Shown here one piece after another: positions 24,268 to 38,270 of a stretch of DNA of 64,000 nt (positions are counted from its first letter, which is position 1; the number at the start of each line of letters is the position of its first letter). The translations under genes and the position numbers were made by a program. Under the pieces are notes generated by a model that searched no databases, was not told the DNA's origin, and saw only the letters and a list, made by a program, of their open reading frames with translations. The stretch is taken from positions 434,001 through 498,000 of the forward strand of contig NW_027253544.1 of assembly GCF_044704955.1 (NCBI RefSeq), given 5' to 3'. The stretch comes from Pristiophorus japonicus. Its lineage: Eukaryota.

Positions 24268-27044
24268 CTTAATGCAATAAGGTGGACGAATTAACTGCGC
24301 AGATAGATATTAATGGATATGATGTAATTGAGATTACGGAGACATACTCCAGGCTGACCAAGGCTGGGAACTCAATATCCAGGGGTATTCAATATTCAGG
24401 AAGGATAGACAGGAAGGAAAAGGAGGTGGGGTAGCGTTACTGGTTAAAGAGGAGATTAACGCAATCGTAAGGAAGAACATTAACGTGGATGATGTGGAAT
24501 CTATATGGTAGAGCTGCGAAGAACCAAAGGGCAGAAAACGTTCGTGGGAGTTGTGTACAGGCCATCAAACAGTAGTATGGGGGTTGGGGATGGCATCAAA
24601 CAGGAAATTAGGGACGCGTGCAATAAGGTTACAGCAGTTATCATGGGTGAATTTAATCTTCATATTGATTGGGCTAACCAAACTGGTAGCAATACTGTGG
24701 AGGAGGATTTCCTGGAGTGTATAAGGGATGGTTTTCGAGAACAATATGTCGAGGAACCAACGAGAGAGCAGGCCATCCTAGACTGGATTTTGTGTAATGA
24801 GAGAGGATTAATTAGCAATTTGGTCGTGCGAGGCCCCTTGGGGAAGAGTGACCATAATATGGTAGAATTCTTCATTAAGATGGAGAGTGACACAGTTAAT
24901 TCAGAGACTAGGGTCCTGAACTTAAAGAAAGGAAACTTCGACGGTATGAGACGTGAATTGACTAGGATAGACTGGCGACTGATACTTAAAGGGTTGACGG
25001 TGGATAGGCAATGGCAGACATTTAAAGATCACATGGATGAACTACAACAATTGTACATCCCAGTGTGGCGTAAAAATAAAGGGAAGGTGGCTCAGCCGTG
25101 GCTAACAAGGGAAATTAGTGAAAGTGTTAAATCCAAGGAAGAGGCATATAAATTGGCCAGAAAAAGCAGCAAACCTGAGGACTGGGAGAAATTTAATATT
25201 CAGCAGAGGAGGACTAAGGGTTTAATTAGGAGGGGGAAAATAGGGTATGAGAGTAAGCTTGCAGGGAACATAAAAACTGACTGCAAAAGCATCTACAGAT
25301 ACGTGAAGAGAAAAATATTAGTGAAGACTAATGTAGGTCTCTTGCAGTCAGAATCAGGGGAATCCATAATGGGGAACAAGGAAATGGCAGACCAATTGAA
25401 AAAATACTTTGTTTCTGTCTTCACTAAGGAAGACACAAATAACCTCCCGAAAATACTATGGGACCGAGGGTCAAGCGAGAAGGGGGAACTGAGGAAAATC
25501 CTTATTAGTCAGGAAATGGTGTTAGGGAAATTGAAGGGACTGAAGGCCAATAAATCCCCAGGTCCTGATAGTCTGCACTCCAGAGTACTTAAGGAAGTGG
25601 CTTTAGAAATAGAAGATGCATTGGTGGTCATTTTCCAACATTCCATGGACTCTGATTCAGTTGCTATGGATTGGAGGGTAGCTAATGTAACACCACTTTT
25701 TAAAGAAGGAGGGAGAGAAAACAGGGAATTTTTGACTAGTTAGCCTGACATCGGTGGTGGAGAAAATGTTGGAATCAATTATTAAAGATGAAATAGCAGC
25801 ACATTTGGAAAGCAGTGACAGGATCGGTCTAAGTCAGCATGGATTTATGAACGGGAAATCAAGCTTGACAAATCTTCTAGAGCTTTTTGAGGATGTAACT
25901 AGTAGAGTGGATAAGGGAGAATAAGTGGATGTGATGTATTTGGACTTTCAAAAGGCTTTTGACAATGTCCCACACAATAGATTAGTGTGCAAAATTAAGG
26001 CACATGGTATTGGGGGTAATATATTGACGTGGATAGAGACGTTGACAGACAGGATGCAAAGAGTGGGAATAAACGGGTCCTTTTCAGAATGGCAGGCAGT
26101 GACTAGTGGGGTGCTGCAGGGTTCAATGCTGGGACCCCAGCTATTTACAATATACATTAATGATTTAGACGAAGGAATTGAATGTAATATCTCCAAGTTT
26201 GCAGATGACACTAAGATGGGTGGCAGAGCGAGCTGCGAAGAGGATGCTAAGAGGCTGCAGGGGACTTGGACAGGTTAGGTGAATGGGCAAATGCAGTATA
26301 ATGTGGATAAATGTGAGGTTATCCACTTTGGTGGCAAAAACAGGAAGGTAGATTATTATCTGAATGGTGACAGATTAGTAAAAGAGGAGGTACAACGAGA
26401 CCTGGGTCTCATGGTACATCAGTCTTTGAAGTTAGGCAAGCAGGTACAGCAGACAGCAAAGAAAGCAAATGGCATGCTGGCCTTCATAGCAAGGGGATTT
26501 GAGTATAGGAGGAGGGAGGTCTTGCTGCAGTTGTACAGGACCTTGGTGAGACCACACCTTGAGTATTGTGTGCTGTTTTGGTCTCCTAATTTAAGGAAGG
26601 ACGTGCTTGCTATTGAGGGAGTGCAGCGAAGGGTCACCAGACTGATTCCCGGGATCCAGAAGAATGAAGGGAGAATCTCATAGAGACATATAAAATTCTG
26701 ACGGGACTAGTCAGGTTAGATGCAGGAAGAATGTTCCCAATGTTGGGGAAGTCCAGAACCAGGGGTCACAGTCTAAGGATAAGGGGTAAGCCATTTAGGA
26801 CCGAGATGAGGAGAAACTTCTTAACCTGTGGAATTCTCTACCAGAGAGAGTTGTTGATGCCAGTTTATTAGATATATTCAAGAGGGAGTTAGATATGGCC
26901 CTAACTGCTAAAGGGGTCAAGGAATATGGAGAGAAAGCAGGAAAGGGGCACTGAGGTGAATGATCAGCCAAGATCTTATTGAATGGTGGTGCAGGCTCGA
27001 AGGGCCGAATGGCCTACTCCTGCACCTGTTTTCTATGTTTCTAT
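24268..27044 (+). mobile_element. CR1 LINE, nearly complete ORF2 with frameshifts
   Basis: APE endonuclease and RT motifs in ORFs 24505-26683; tail ttctatgtttctat. Confidence 0.95.
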
Positions 27045-27063
27045 CATTGCTGTACCCTGTCAG

Positions 27064-27106
27064 GCAATGAAGGAATTGGATCAGTCCATATACAGTGAGC
27101 TTAAAG
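27064..27106 (+). CDS. Candidate cytoplasmic exon with ITIM-like motif (AMKELDQSIYSELK)
   Basis: cctgtcag/ acceptor, AAG/gtatgt donor; SIYSEL fits S/I/V/L-x-Y-x-x-L/V. Confidence 0.55.
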
Positions 27107-27549
27107 GTATGTTTCTCTCACACTTGGCAAGGGTAGAGACAATGCGTGTAATATCTGTCACTTTTTGTATAAATGGTGAAACTGTGGGAAACCTTCACCT
27201 AAAATGGATCCATAGCAGCAACACTGCCTGGAATAGACCGAGAGCAATGAGCCCAGTGTGGTAACGGGCCATCAGTAGCCCAGTACGGTGATGGATTGAA
27301 TGTTGTGTGGTGATGAACAGCTTTTACTAAATCATTAACACCCACAGCCGCACACACACAAATCCTCTCCTTTGTTCACACTGAGTATTGTAACCAGGTT
27401 AAAAGTAGCCAGCACACTTCATTTTCTGATTCAACATTTTCCATTGGTTTCAAGGGTTAAGCAAATTATTGGCTCTGATGTTTTCCAACAAGAGCTATGT
27501 CACATTAATTCTGGGAAAACAGACCATAATAATCAAGGGAAAGTTACGT

Positions 27550-30500
27550 ATAGAATCATAGAAATTTACAGCATGGAAGGAGGTTATTTTGGCCCATCGT
27601 GTCCGCACCGGCCGACCAAGAGCTATCCAGCCTAACCCCACTTTCCAGCTCTTGGAACGTAGCCCTGTAGGTTACGGCACTTTAAGTGCACATCCAAGTA
27701 TTTTTTAAATGTGGTGAGGGTTAATGCCTCTACCACCCTTTCAGGCAGAGAGTTTCAGATTCCCACTACCCTCTGGGTAAAGACATTTCCCCTAATATCT
27801 CCTCTAAACCTCCTCCCAATTACTTTAAATCTATGTCCCCTGGTTGTTAACCCCTCTGCAAAGGGAAACAGGTCCTTCCTATCTATTCTATCTCGGCCCC
27901 TCATAATTTTATACACCTCAATCAGGTCTCCCCTCAGCCTCCTCTGTTCCAAAGAAAACAGACCCAGCATCTCCAATTTTTCCTCAAAGCCAAAATTCTC
28001 CAGCCCAGGCAACATTCTTGTAAATCTTCTCTGCACCCTTTCCAGTGCAATCACATCTTTCATAGAAACATAGAAAATAGGTGCAGGAGTAGGCCACTTG
28101 GCCCTTCCAGCCTGCATCACCATTCAAAAAGATCATGGCTGATCATTCACCTCAGTACCCCTTTCCTGCTTTCTCTCCATATCCCTTGATCCCTTTAGCC
28201 GTAAGGGCCAACTCCCTCTTGAATATATCTAACGAACTGGCATCAACAATTCTGTGTGGTAGAGAATTCCACAGGTTAACAACTCTCTGAGTGAACAGAT
28301 TTCTCCTCATCTCGGTCCGAAATGGCTTACCCCTTATCCTTACTGTGACCTCTGGTTCTGGACTCCCCCAGCATCGGGAACATTCTTCCTGCATCTAACC
28401 TGTCCAGTCCCGTCAGAATTTTATATGTTTCTATGAGATCTCCTCTCATCCTTCTAAACTCCAGTGAATAGAGGCCCAGTCGATCCAGTCTCTCCTCATG
28501 TCAGTCCTGCCATCCCAGGAATCAGTCTGGTGAACCTTCGCTGCACTCCCTCAATAGCAAGAACATCCTTCCTCAGATTAGGAGACCAAAACTGAACACA
28601 ATATTCCAGGTGAGGCCTCACCAAGGCCCTGTACAACTGCAGTAAGACCTCCCTGCTCCTATACTCAAATCCCCTCGCTATGGAAGCCAACATGTCATTT
28701 GCCTTCTTCACCACCTGCTGTACCTGCATGCCAACTTTCAATGACTGATGTACCATGACACCCAAGTCTCGTTGCACCTTTTCCTAATCTGCCGCCATTC
28801 AGATAATATTCTGCCTTCATGTTTTTGCCACCAAAGTGGCTAACCTCACATTTATCCACATTATACTGCATCTACCATGCATTTTCCCACTCACCTAACC
28901 TGTCCAAGTCACCCTGCAGCCTCTTAGCATGCTCCTCACAGCTCACACCGCCACCCAGCTTAGTGTCATCTGCAAACTTGAAGATATTACTCTCAATTCC
29001 TTCATGTAAATCATTTATATATATTGTAAATAGCTGGGGTCCCAGCACTGAGCCCTGCGGCACCCCACTAGTCACTGCCTGCCATTCAGAAAAGGATCCG
29101 TTTAACCCGACTCTCTGCTTCATGTCTGCCAACCAGTTCTCTATCCACGTTAATACATTATCCCAATACCATTTGCTCTAATTTTGCACACCAATCTCTT
29201 GTATGGGACCTTGTCAAAAGCCTTTTGAAAGTCCAAATACACCACATCCACTGGTTCTCCCTTCTCCACTCTACTAGTTGCATCCTCAAAAAATTCCAGA
29301 AGATTTGTCAAGTATGATTTCCCTTTCATAAATCAATGCTGACTTGGCCCGATCCTGTCACTACTTTCCAAATGCGCTGCTATTTCATCTTTAATAATTG
29401 ATTCAAAATTTTCCCCACTACTGATGTCAGGCTAACTGGTCTATAATTACCCGTTTTCTCTCTCTTTCTCCTTTTGTAAAAAGTGGTGTTACATTAGCTA
29501 CCCTCCTTTCCTGTAATGGGGTGACAGAACTGCACACAGTACTCCAGCTGCGGCCTAACCAGTGCTTTTACAGTTCAAGCTTAACCTCCTAGCTCTTGTA
29601 TTCCATGCCTCGACTAACAAGGGCAAGTATTCTCTCTGCCTTCTTAACCACCTTATCTACCTGGCCTACTACCTTTAGGGATCTGTGGACCTGCATTCCA
29701 AGGTCCCTTTGTTCCTCTACACTTTTCAGTGTCGTACCAGTTACTGTGTGTTCCCTTGCCTTGTTAGACCTCCCCAAATGCATTACCTCACACTTATCCG
29801 GATTGAATCCATTTTCCACTGTTCCAACCGCCTGACCAGTACATTGATATCGCCTTGCAATCCGCAGCTTGCTTCTTCATTATCAACCACACAGCCTATT
29901 TTAGTGTCATCTACAAACCTCTTAATCATACCCCCAACATTCAAGACCAAGTCATTGATATATACCACAAAAAGCAAGGGATCCAGCACTGAGCCCTGCG
30001 GACCCCTACTGGATACAGCCTTCCAGGCACAAAAACACCCATCAACCATTACCCATTGCTTCCTGCCCATGAGCCAATTTTGGATCCAACTTGCCACTTT
30101 GCCCTGGATCCCATGGGCTTTTACTTTCGTGACCAGTCTGTCATGTGGGATCTTATCAAAAACTTTGCTAAAATCCATATACACTACATCATACACTCTG
30201 TCCTCTTTGACCCTCCTCGTTACCTCCTCAAAAAATTCAATCAAGTAAGTCAGACATGACCTTCCCTTAACCAATCCGTGCTGACTATCCTTGATTAATC
30301 CCTGTCTTTCCAAATGAAGATTTATCATGTCCCTCAGGATTTTTCCCAACACTGAGTTAAGACTGACTGGCCTGTAACTACTTGGTCTATCCATTTCTCC
30401 CTTTTTAAACAAAGGTACAACATCAGCAATCCTCCAGTCCTCTGGTACCACCTGTAGCCAGAGAGGATTGGAAAATGATGGTCAGATCCTCTGCTATTTC

Positions 30501-30810
30501 TTCTTTTGCTTCTCTTAACAGGGATACATTTCATCCGGGCCTGGGGATTTATCCCCTTTCAAAGTTGTTAAGCCCCTTAATACTTCCTTTCTCACAATGT
30601 CTATCTCATCTAATATTTCACACTCCTCCTCCTTCATTGCAAAGTCTTCATCGCTCCTCTCTTTTGTGAAAACAGATGCAAAATATTCATTAAGAATCAT
30701 ACCCACATCTTCTGCCTCCACACACAGATTTACTTTATGGTATCTAATAGGCCCCACTCCTTTTCTAGTTATCCTCATGCTCTTAATGTATTTATAAAAC
30801 ATCTTTGGGT
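27550..30810 (-). mobile_element. Old CR1 (27550-28060 + 29507-30810) split by a younger CR1 3' portion (28060-29507)
   Basis: RT motifs on the minus strand; host sequence resumes across the insert (tcacatctttc ... ctttcctgtaatg). Confidence 0.88.
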
Positions 30811-33800
30811 TGTCCCAATGAATGGCAGCAAAACATTCCTGGTTACAGGATTTTCAGACGAGATAGAGAGGGGGATAAAAAATGGAAGGGGTACTCGCAA
30901 TATTGGAAACAATTACAGCTGTGAGGAGGGATAATACGTTAGAAAGATCATCAAATGAGGCCTTATGAGTTGAACTGAAGAACAAAAAAGGGGCAATCAC
31001 ACTGCTGGGAGTGTACTATAGACCCCCAAATCGTCAGAGGAAGATACAAGAGCAAATATAAGCACATTTCTGAGAAGTGCAAAAACAATAGGGGATTTCA
31101 ACTACCCTAACATGAACTGAGATAGAATCAGTGTAAAACGTACAGAGGGTGCAGAATTCATAAAATGCATTCAGCAGAACGTTTTTAATCAGTCGTTGCA
31201 AGCCCAACAAGAGAGGGGCGGTTCTGGTCTTAGTTTTATGGAATGATGCTGGACAGATGGTAGGGGTATCAGTGGGAGAGCATTTTGGTGATAGTGATCA
31301 TAATTCAGTTAGATTTAGTGTAGTTATGGAAAAGGGGAAAGTTAAACCAAGAGTAAAAGTTCTCAGTTGGGGAAAGGCCAATTTTACTAAGCCGAGATGT
31401 GACTTAGCAAAAGTGGACTTCAAACAGCAACGAAGGTAAATCAGTGTTGGAGCAGTGGTGGGACTCCCAAATCTAGAACTCCATGGATGTCAAGGGACAT
31501 ACAGTGGGATAAGGCAAAAAAGGGAAGTGTATGTTGGATACCAAGAGCTAAATACTGCAGAAAGCCTAGAGGAGTAAAGTGCAGGGGTAAAATTAAAAAA
31601 TTAGGAATGCAAAGATATGAAAAAATATTGGCAAGTAAAATCAAGAATGTTTTATAACTATATAAAGAGCATGAGGATAACTAAAGAAAGAGTAGTCTGT
31701 GGGAGACCAAAAAAGGAAGATTGTGATGGAGGATATGGGTATGGTTCTTAATGAATACTTTGCATCTGTCTTCACAAAAAGGAGAGACAATGCAAACATT
31801 GTAGTTAAGGGGGAGGAGTGTGAAATATTAGATGAAATAACCGTAGTGAGAGAGGAAATATTAAGGGGTTTAATATCCTTGAAAGTAGATAAATCGCCAG
31901 ACCCGGATGTAATGTATCCCAGACTGTTAGGAGAAGCAAGGAAGAAAATAGCAGAGGCTCTGACCATCATTTTCCAATCCTCTCAGGCTACAGGCTGGAG
32001 GACTGGAGGACTGCTAATGTTGTACTATTGTTTAAAAAAGGAGAAAGGGATAGAGCAAGTAATTACAGGCCAGTCAGCCTAACCTCGGTGGTGGGAAAAT
32101 TGTTGGAAACATTTGTGAGACACAGTCTTAATCATCATTTAGAAAGGCTTGAATTAATCAAGGACAATCAGCATGGATTTGTTAAAGGAAGGTCATGTCT
32201 GACTAACTTGATTATTTTTTGAGGAGGTAACAAGGATGGTTGATGAGGGTAGTGCGTTTGTCTACATGGATTTTAACAAGGCATTTGACAAGGTCCAACA
32301 TGGCAGACTGGTCAGGAAAGTAAAAGTCCATGTGATCCAAGGGGAAGTGGCAAGTTGGATCCAAAATTGGCTCAGTTGCAGGAAGCAAAAGGTAATGGTC
32401 GACGGGTGTTTTGGTGACTGGAAGGCTGTTTCCAATGGGGTTCCGCAGGGCTCAGTAGTAGGTCCCTTGCTTTGTGTGGTATGCGTCAATGATTTAGATT
32501 CCAATATAGGAGGTATGATTAAGAAGTTTGAAGATGATACAAAAATTGGCCATGTGGTTGGCACTGAGGCAGACTGCAGGAAGATGCCAATGGATTGGTC
32601 AAGTGGGCAGAAAGGTGGCAAATGGAATTCAATGAAGAAGTGTGAGATATTCCATTTGGGGAGGGTTAACAAGGCAAGGGAATACACAATAAATGGTAGG
32701 ATACGGAGAAGTGTAGAGGAATAGAGGGTTCTTGAAATGCATGTCCACAGATCCCTGAAGGTAGCAGGACAGGAAGATACGGTGATTAAGAAGGCATGCG
32801 GGATACTTTCCTTTCTCAGCTGAGGCATAGAATAAACGAGCAGGGAGCTTATGCTAGAACTGCATTAAAACACTTGATAGGCCACAGCTAGAGCACAGCA
32901 TACTGTTCTGGTCACCACATTACAGGAAAGATGTAATTGCACTAGAGATTGTGCAGAGGAAATTTACGAGAATTTTTCCATGACTGGTGAATTTTAGCTA
33001 TGAAGAAAGATTGGATAGGCTGGTGTTGTTTTCTTTGGAACAGAGGTGGCTGAGGGGAGACTTATTGAGGTGTATAAAATGATGAGGGGCCAAGATAAGA
33101 GTGGATAGGAATGACCTACAGGCAACTCTCGATTATCCGTACACGGATCCAACGGGAAACCGTTGTATCGGGATTTAAAATTCTGTGGCTAACAAGTGAA
33201 AAGACAGCTCCAAATAATTTGGAAAAATCGCCTTCCAAACACTGTGCTCATTTATATTTGCTCATTCTCTCTCACACACACAATCTCGCACAGTTTCTCT
33301 CTCACACACACTCTCTCACTCACCATAAAAATCACCCTCCTCTGCCTTTACTTTGCTGAGGTGTGTGCGCGCTGCTGCAGCCGCTGTCTCTTGCGGCCGC
33401 CGCTGACGTTGGGAACGGGGATGGTGCTGGCACCGGGTTCCAGGCACAGAACCTGTACATGCATGCTGGTAATGTCTATCTTTTGTTACTGTTTGTATTG
33501 ATTCATTCAAGTTTTAACTTATAAATGTAAACTCGCCCTAACGGAAAAATCGTTTACCCGAAATAGCTCAATCCCCGTGGGACCCGGATAATCGAGAGTT
33601 GCCTGTATTTTCCTTAGCAGAGGGGTCAACAACCAGGGGGTATAGATTTAAGGTGATTGGTAGGACTAGAGGGGAGTTGAGAACTTTTTCCACTGAGAGA
33701 GCAGTGGGGCTCTGGAATTCACTGCCTAACAGGCTGGGAGAGGCAAAAACCCTCATCACATTTATAAAGTACTTGGATATGCACTTGAAGTGCCATACCC

Positions 33801-33900
33801 TACAAGGATACAGACCAAGAACTGGAAAGTGGGATTAGGCTGGATAGCTCTTAGTTCTCCGGCACAGACACGATGGGTTGAATTGCCTCCTGTGCCATGA
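30810..33900 (+). mobile_element. Degenerate CR1 LINE (EN to 3' end)
   Basis: SDHNSVRF, KSPDPD, GVPQGSVVGP, KFEDD motifs with many stops. Confidence 0.88.
33119..33605. mobile_element. Tc1/mariner-pogo (Tigger-like) MITE
   Basis: Perfect 21-bp TIR caggcaactctcgattatccg / cggataatcgagagttgcctg, TA duplicated on both sides; host CR1 reads gaccTAttt across it. Confidence 0.93.
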
Positions 33901-34049
33901 ATTTCCACGATTCTGATTCACACAATCCTAAGACCTACCAGTCTGTATGGCTCAGATATGCCCGGGATAAACTCAATGTCTGAATTGTCACATTTTACAC
34001 GAGATTACTGCAGATAACTGTTTTTAATTTTGTTCAAAACAGGCAATAT

Positions 34050-35035
34050 CATCATCATAGGCAGTCCCTCAAAATCGAGGAAGACTTGCTTCCACTCTAG
34101 AAGTGAGTTCTCAGGTGACTGAACAGTCCAATAGGGGAATTACAGTCTCTGTCACAGGTGGGGCAGACAGTCATTGAAGGAAAGAGTGGGTGGGACTGGT
34201 TTGCCGCACGCTCCTTCCGCTGCCTGCGCTTGTTTTCTGCATGCTCTCGGTGACGAGACTCGAGGTGCTCAACGCCCTTCCGGATGCTCTTCCCCCACTT
34301 AAGGCAATCTTTGCCCAGGGATTCCCAGGTGTCAGTGGGGATGTTGCACTTTATCAAGGAGGCTTTGAGGGTGCCCTTGAAATGTTTCCTCTGCCCACCT
34401 GGGGCTCGCTTGCTGTGTCGGAGTTCCGAGTACAGCGCTTGCTTTGGGAGTCTTGTGTCGGACATACGGACAATGTGGCCTGCCCAATGGAGCTGGTCGA
34501 ATGTGGTCAGTGCTTCGAAGATGGCCTGATTGACAACACTGATGTTGGTGCGTCTGTCCTCCCAGGGGTTGGAAGGATCTTGCGGAGACATCGTTGGTGG
34601 TATTTCTCCAGCGATTTGAGGTCTCTACTGTATATGGTCCACGTCTCCTGAGCATATAGGAGGGCGGGTATCACTACAGCCCTGTACCATTTGCCTTCCC
34701 AGAAGAAGGTGTAACCTCCACCTTGTTCTTTGATCTGGCCTTCCCCTACTCACTGGATCTGCTTCGGGCGGCACTGTCGATATCGAAGCCTCTAAGTTCC
34801 CGGGCATCGATGGCGGTGCGGCATTCCAGTCTGTCGCTGTTGGGGTTGTCCATGAGGGGCCGGACGTTCCAAGTCCCAAACTTCATTTGAAGGGTGGAAG
34901 ATACATGTGCGTGAGTTTTTTTACGGTGGGGTGGCCACCGAACACCGGCTACCACACGGGCTTAGCAGAGCAAGGTCTTGGTCCAGTGGCAAGGTGGTCC
35001 GAGACGATTGGAGACCAGGCACTACTGTATGGGCC
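34050..35035 (-). mobile_element. Internally deleted RTE LINE
   Basis: MKFGTWNVR N-terminus joined to C-terminal WAGHIVRM..RLPKQ..CPTC..GLFSHLRTH; (TGA)n tail. Confidence 0.9.
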
Positions 35036-35039
35036 TAAT

Positions 35040-37645
35040 TGCCTATAGTGGGGTGTGAGCTGTAAGCTCGGCACTGAGCAGTGCCTTCAGGAGAGGTGGT
35101 GGGAGATCTGAGGTGTGATGAGGGAATGGGATGAAACACGCTGGGGTCCTGCTCCATTTTAGCTTCTCGAAGGATTGTGGGAGAAGTCAGAGTGGCCGCC
35201 ACCATTACCCACGCCACATGCCGAACAGGTGCACCAGGCTTGCGCTGCCTCCGTTGTCCCGGAGACGCTGATGTTTAACTCTCCCTCAGCTGCTCCAGGC
35301 TCATGCTGCTGTCTTACGGAGCATCTTACTGCTGTAGTCTCTGGTGACATCGAGACTGTATCTGCTCTCATGCAGTCTCAGCTGGATGCCAAGCGAGATC
35401 TGACTGTTGCCATCGCGGCTGGGTCCACCACGGTCCACGGGGAACTTCCGGTGTCGTGCCACACCACTGACCTGTGCTCCAGCTGATTGGTGGGGGTGGT
35501 GAGGTGCTGCCCCGGGGGAGTGGAGCAGGCTCCTCGGACCAGGATTCTGATGTGCTTTCTCAGTAGTCCTGAGCTGAGACCTCTCAGTCCGCCATTGCCA
35601 TCAAGCATGGAATCGCCCCAGCCAATCCCGACTGAATGCACCGAGGAGAGTGCGATGCAGTCTGCAGCTGGCACTTCCAGGGAAAGAGCTGGTCGAGGGC
35701 GTCCTAGAAGAACATCTGCAGCTTCTACACCTGAAACACAGCAGCCTTCCCAGACGCATGATGCAGCCACAGGCGAGACACTGGGGCATAGTTCAAGAAT
35801 AGGTTTGCATAAGAATAAGCAAATGCACAAGGATGATAATTGATGGTGTATGGTTTTTTTGCACCATTCTTTCTTGTGCAATAAATCTTTATTTTGTGTT
35901 TCAATATCTGTGCAGGTGTCTCATTTCACTGTGGGCAATGATGTGTGAAAGGGCTCATTGGGTTGGCCATGGAGATGCACAGGTGAAGGGTGAAGTGCGC
36001 ATGAACTCATCAGAAACGAGCAACAATGAGACGGTTTTGCACTTCTCTTGCAGGGTTTGAATGGCGACGCTGCCTCCAGCTTGGCCAGCGACCCACATCC
36101 TGGTCCTCCTCCTGCACCTCCTCCTCCTTCTGTGCATCGTGCTCCTGTGCCTCCTCCTCCTCCTGGTACTGGTCCTGGTCCTCCTCCTCCTCCTGCACCA
36201 CCTCCTCCTCCTGGTACTGGTCCTGTGCCTCCTCCTCCTGGTCCTCCTCCTCAGCTGATACTGGTGCCTCGTCCTCCAATGGTTGTGCCCTCATGATTGC
36301 CAGGTTATGAAGCATGCATCAGACGACCACGAATAGGGAGACCCGCTCAGGCGAGTACTGGAAGAGTGATCCAGGCAATGGAACCTCTGTTTAAGGATTC
36401 TGATGCACTGCTCAATGAAGCAGCTGGTGGCTGAATGAGAGTCATTGCCGGCTTGCTGCGCAGCAGTCCTGGGGTTGTGAAGGGGAGTCAGCAGCCAAGT
36501 GCACAGTGGGTAGCCCTTGTCTCCAAGGACCCAGCCGCAACCTTGGTTTGGTCCAACAAACACGTCAGGCGCACCGCTCTGGCGCTGGATGAAAGCAACG
36601 AGGCTGCTGCCAGGATACCAGGCATCAGCTGCCATGATTTTGTGGTGGGATGTCACACACCAGCTGCACATTGAGGGAGTGGAATCCCTTGCAGTTTCTG
36701 AAGATCTCGGGATTGTTCTGTGGCGCCCTCATTGCGACGTGGGTGCAGTCAATGGCACCCTGAACCCTGGGGAAGCCCGCACACCTCCCGAATCTGGTCT
36801 CCACACCAACTGTTTGTCCCTGCTCATCGGGAAGGATAACTAGTCCCTCCTTCTCTTATAGAGAGCATCTGTCACTTAATGATGGAGCGACGCACGGTGA
36901 AATGTGAAATGTTCAAGATGTCTACTGTAGCAGCTTGGAATGATCAAGTCGCATAGAAATGGAGTGCTATGGTCACCTTGGATGCAACGGTCAGCGCTGT
37001 CCTCAACTTTGTTCGAGGCTGGAGGTCTGGCTGCAGGAGATTGCACAGGAATCGAAGTCTCCGGAGACACTGGTCATCCATCAGGTCCATGTATGAGAAC
37101 TGCTGTCTGTACACCCTTGGACGATAGGGCCTTCTCCCCGCCATGTCTATGTTCACGTCTTCCGATGGCAGCTGCCTCATTGCCTTCTCCTTCATGCTCT
37201 TGCTGCTCCTCACCCTCTGCAGCCTGCTGCTGGCAAGCATCTGCCTCCTGTGCACCCTGCCTTCTCTCCATTTCGCCCAATATCTGGTGTGGGAGGGTCA
37301 GTGCAGAATGCTGCTACATGCAACACGCCTTTAAAGGCTGCTGGTGGTCTTGAGCTAGCACTGTGTACCGACCCAAAAAACTGTCGTTGGCATCGACAGG
37401 CGGCTGGAAGACTTTTTGAATGAATTTACCTTCCGGGGCGGGTCTGATGCGGTGCGCGCTCGGATGACATCGTTAACGACGCATCTGCTGGAGCGGGGCG
37501 GATCTTCACAATGCAGCAAAAACCTTTGAGGGCAATGCCACGAACATCGGCCAGTCCGCCGTGAGTCCCCGGCCATTCCGCGCCGCCCCATAGCCGCTGC
37601 TTTCAGGCAGCAAGAGGCTTTATCGGAAGGGGCAATTTCGGCCCC
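35040..37645 (-). mobile_element. PIF/Harbinger DNA transposon remnant: HARBI1-like transposase (minus, ~37255-36010) plus part of the convergent second gene
   Basis: CLRRLRF, KVTIALHFYAT, GAIDCTH, GWVLGDKGYP, IEQCIRILKQRF, LHNLA plus acidic tail; TIR-like gcaatttcggcccc at ~37632-37645. Confidence 0.88.
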
Positions 37646-38004
37646 ACCCAACGTTAATAAGTGACCTGTTTTAAAATGCCCATGTTCTGTCTCTTTCTAC
37701 AATGAAGTAAGCTTCCTGTTGGTTACTGTGGCATCTCCCTGTACAATCTCTCAATGCTCAGCTCATGGATACTATTTAAAACTAGACTGAAATAAATGAC
37801 CAGTAACCAGGGCATTTGCCATCTACATGGTCACCAGCTTGAAACTACCGTCAGTCGTAGGGAGAAGAGCCACTTTAAAATGAATCGCTATTTGAAGTTA
37901 ACGAAAGGTTCATGTACATTGCTCCATAAAACAGAGCATTCTCTGACTTATTGTGAGTAACACAGGACATCCACTGGCAACCTATTAAAAATGGTGCACA
38001 GGAT

Positions 38005-38270
38005 GCATTTCCTGTTTGCCTGTCACATTTCCTGTGTCACACTTTGGCTGTCACACCTTCTCATATGCAAATTTCTCCCAGCCGATAGGATTAAATTTCA
38101 TATTCATCAACCACCAACAGATCACAACTGCACAGGTGGAGAACGTGAGAATCAGCAAGGAACAAGCAGGAATGAAAAACACCAAAACACGAAGCTCCAA
38201 AAACGACAAATTAAGATGTGCAGTCAGCAGTAGCTATGATAGGCCCAGGCAAACCAATTCACATCTGGTT
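38005..38270. promoter_or_regulatory. Putative lymphoid enhancer-like motif cluster
   Basis: Octamer ATGCAAAT 38065-38072, two CATTTCCTG Ets cores (TTCCTG at 38009 and 38029), E-boxes CAGGTG 38133 and CATCTG 38262 in non-repeat DNA. Confidence 0.35.

Noticed and set aside
36026-36310. Pro-rich, Ser-rich and poly-Leu ORFs
   Set aside because: Alternative frames of the GAG/CTC repeat in the Harbinger transposase tail
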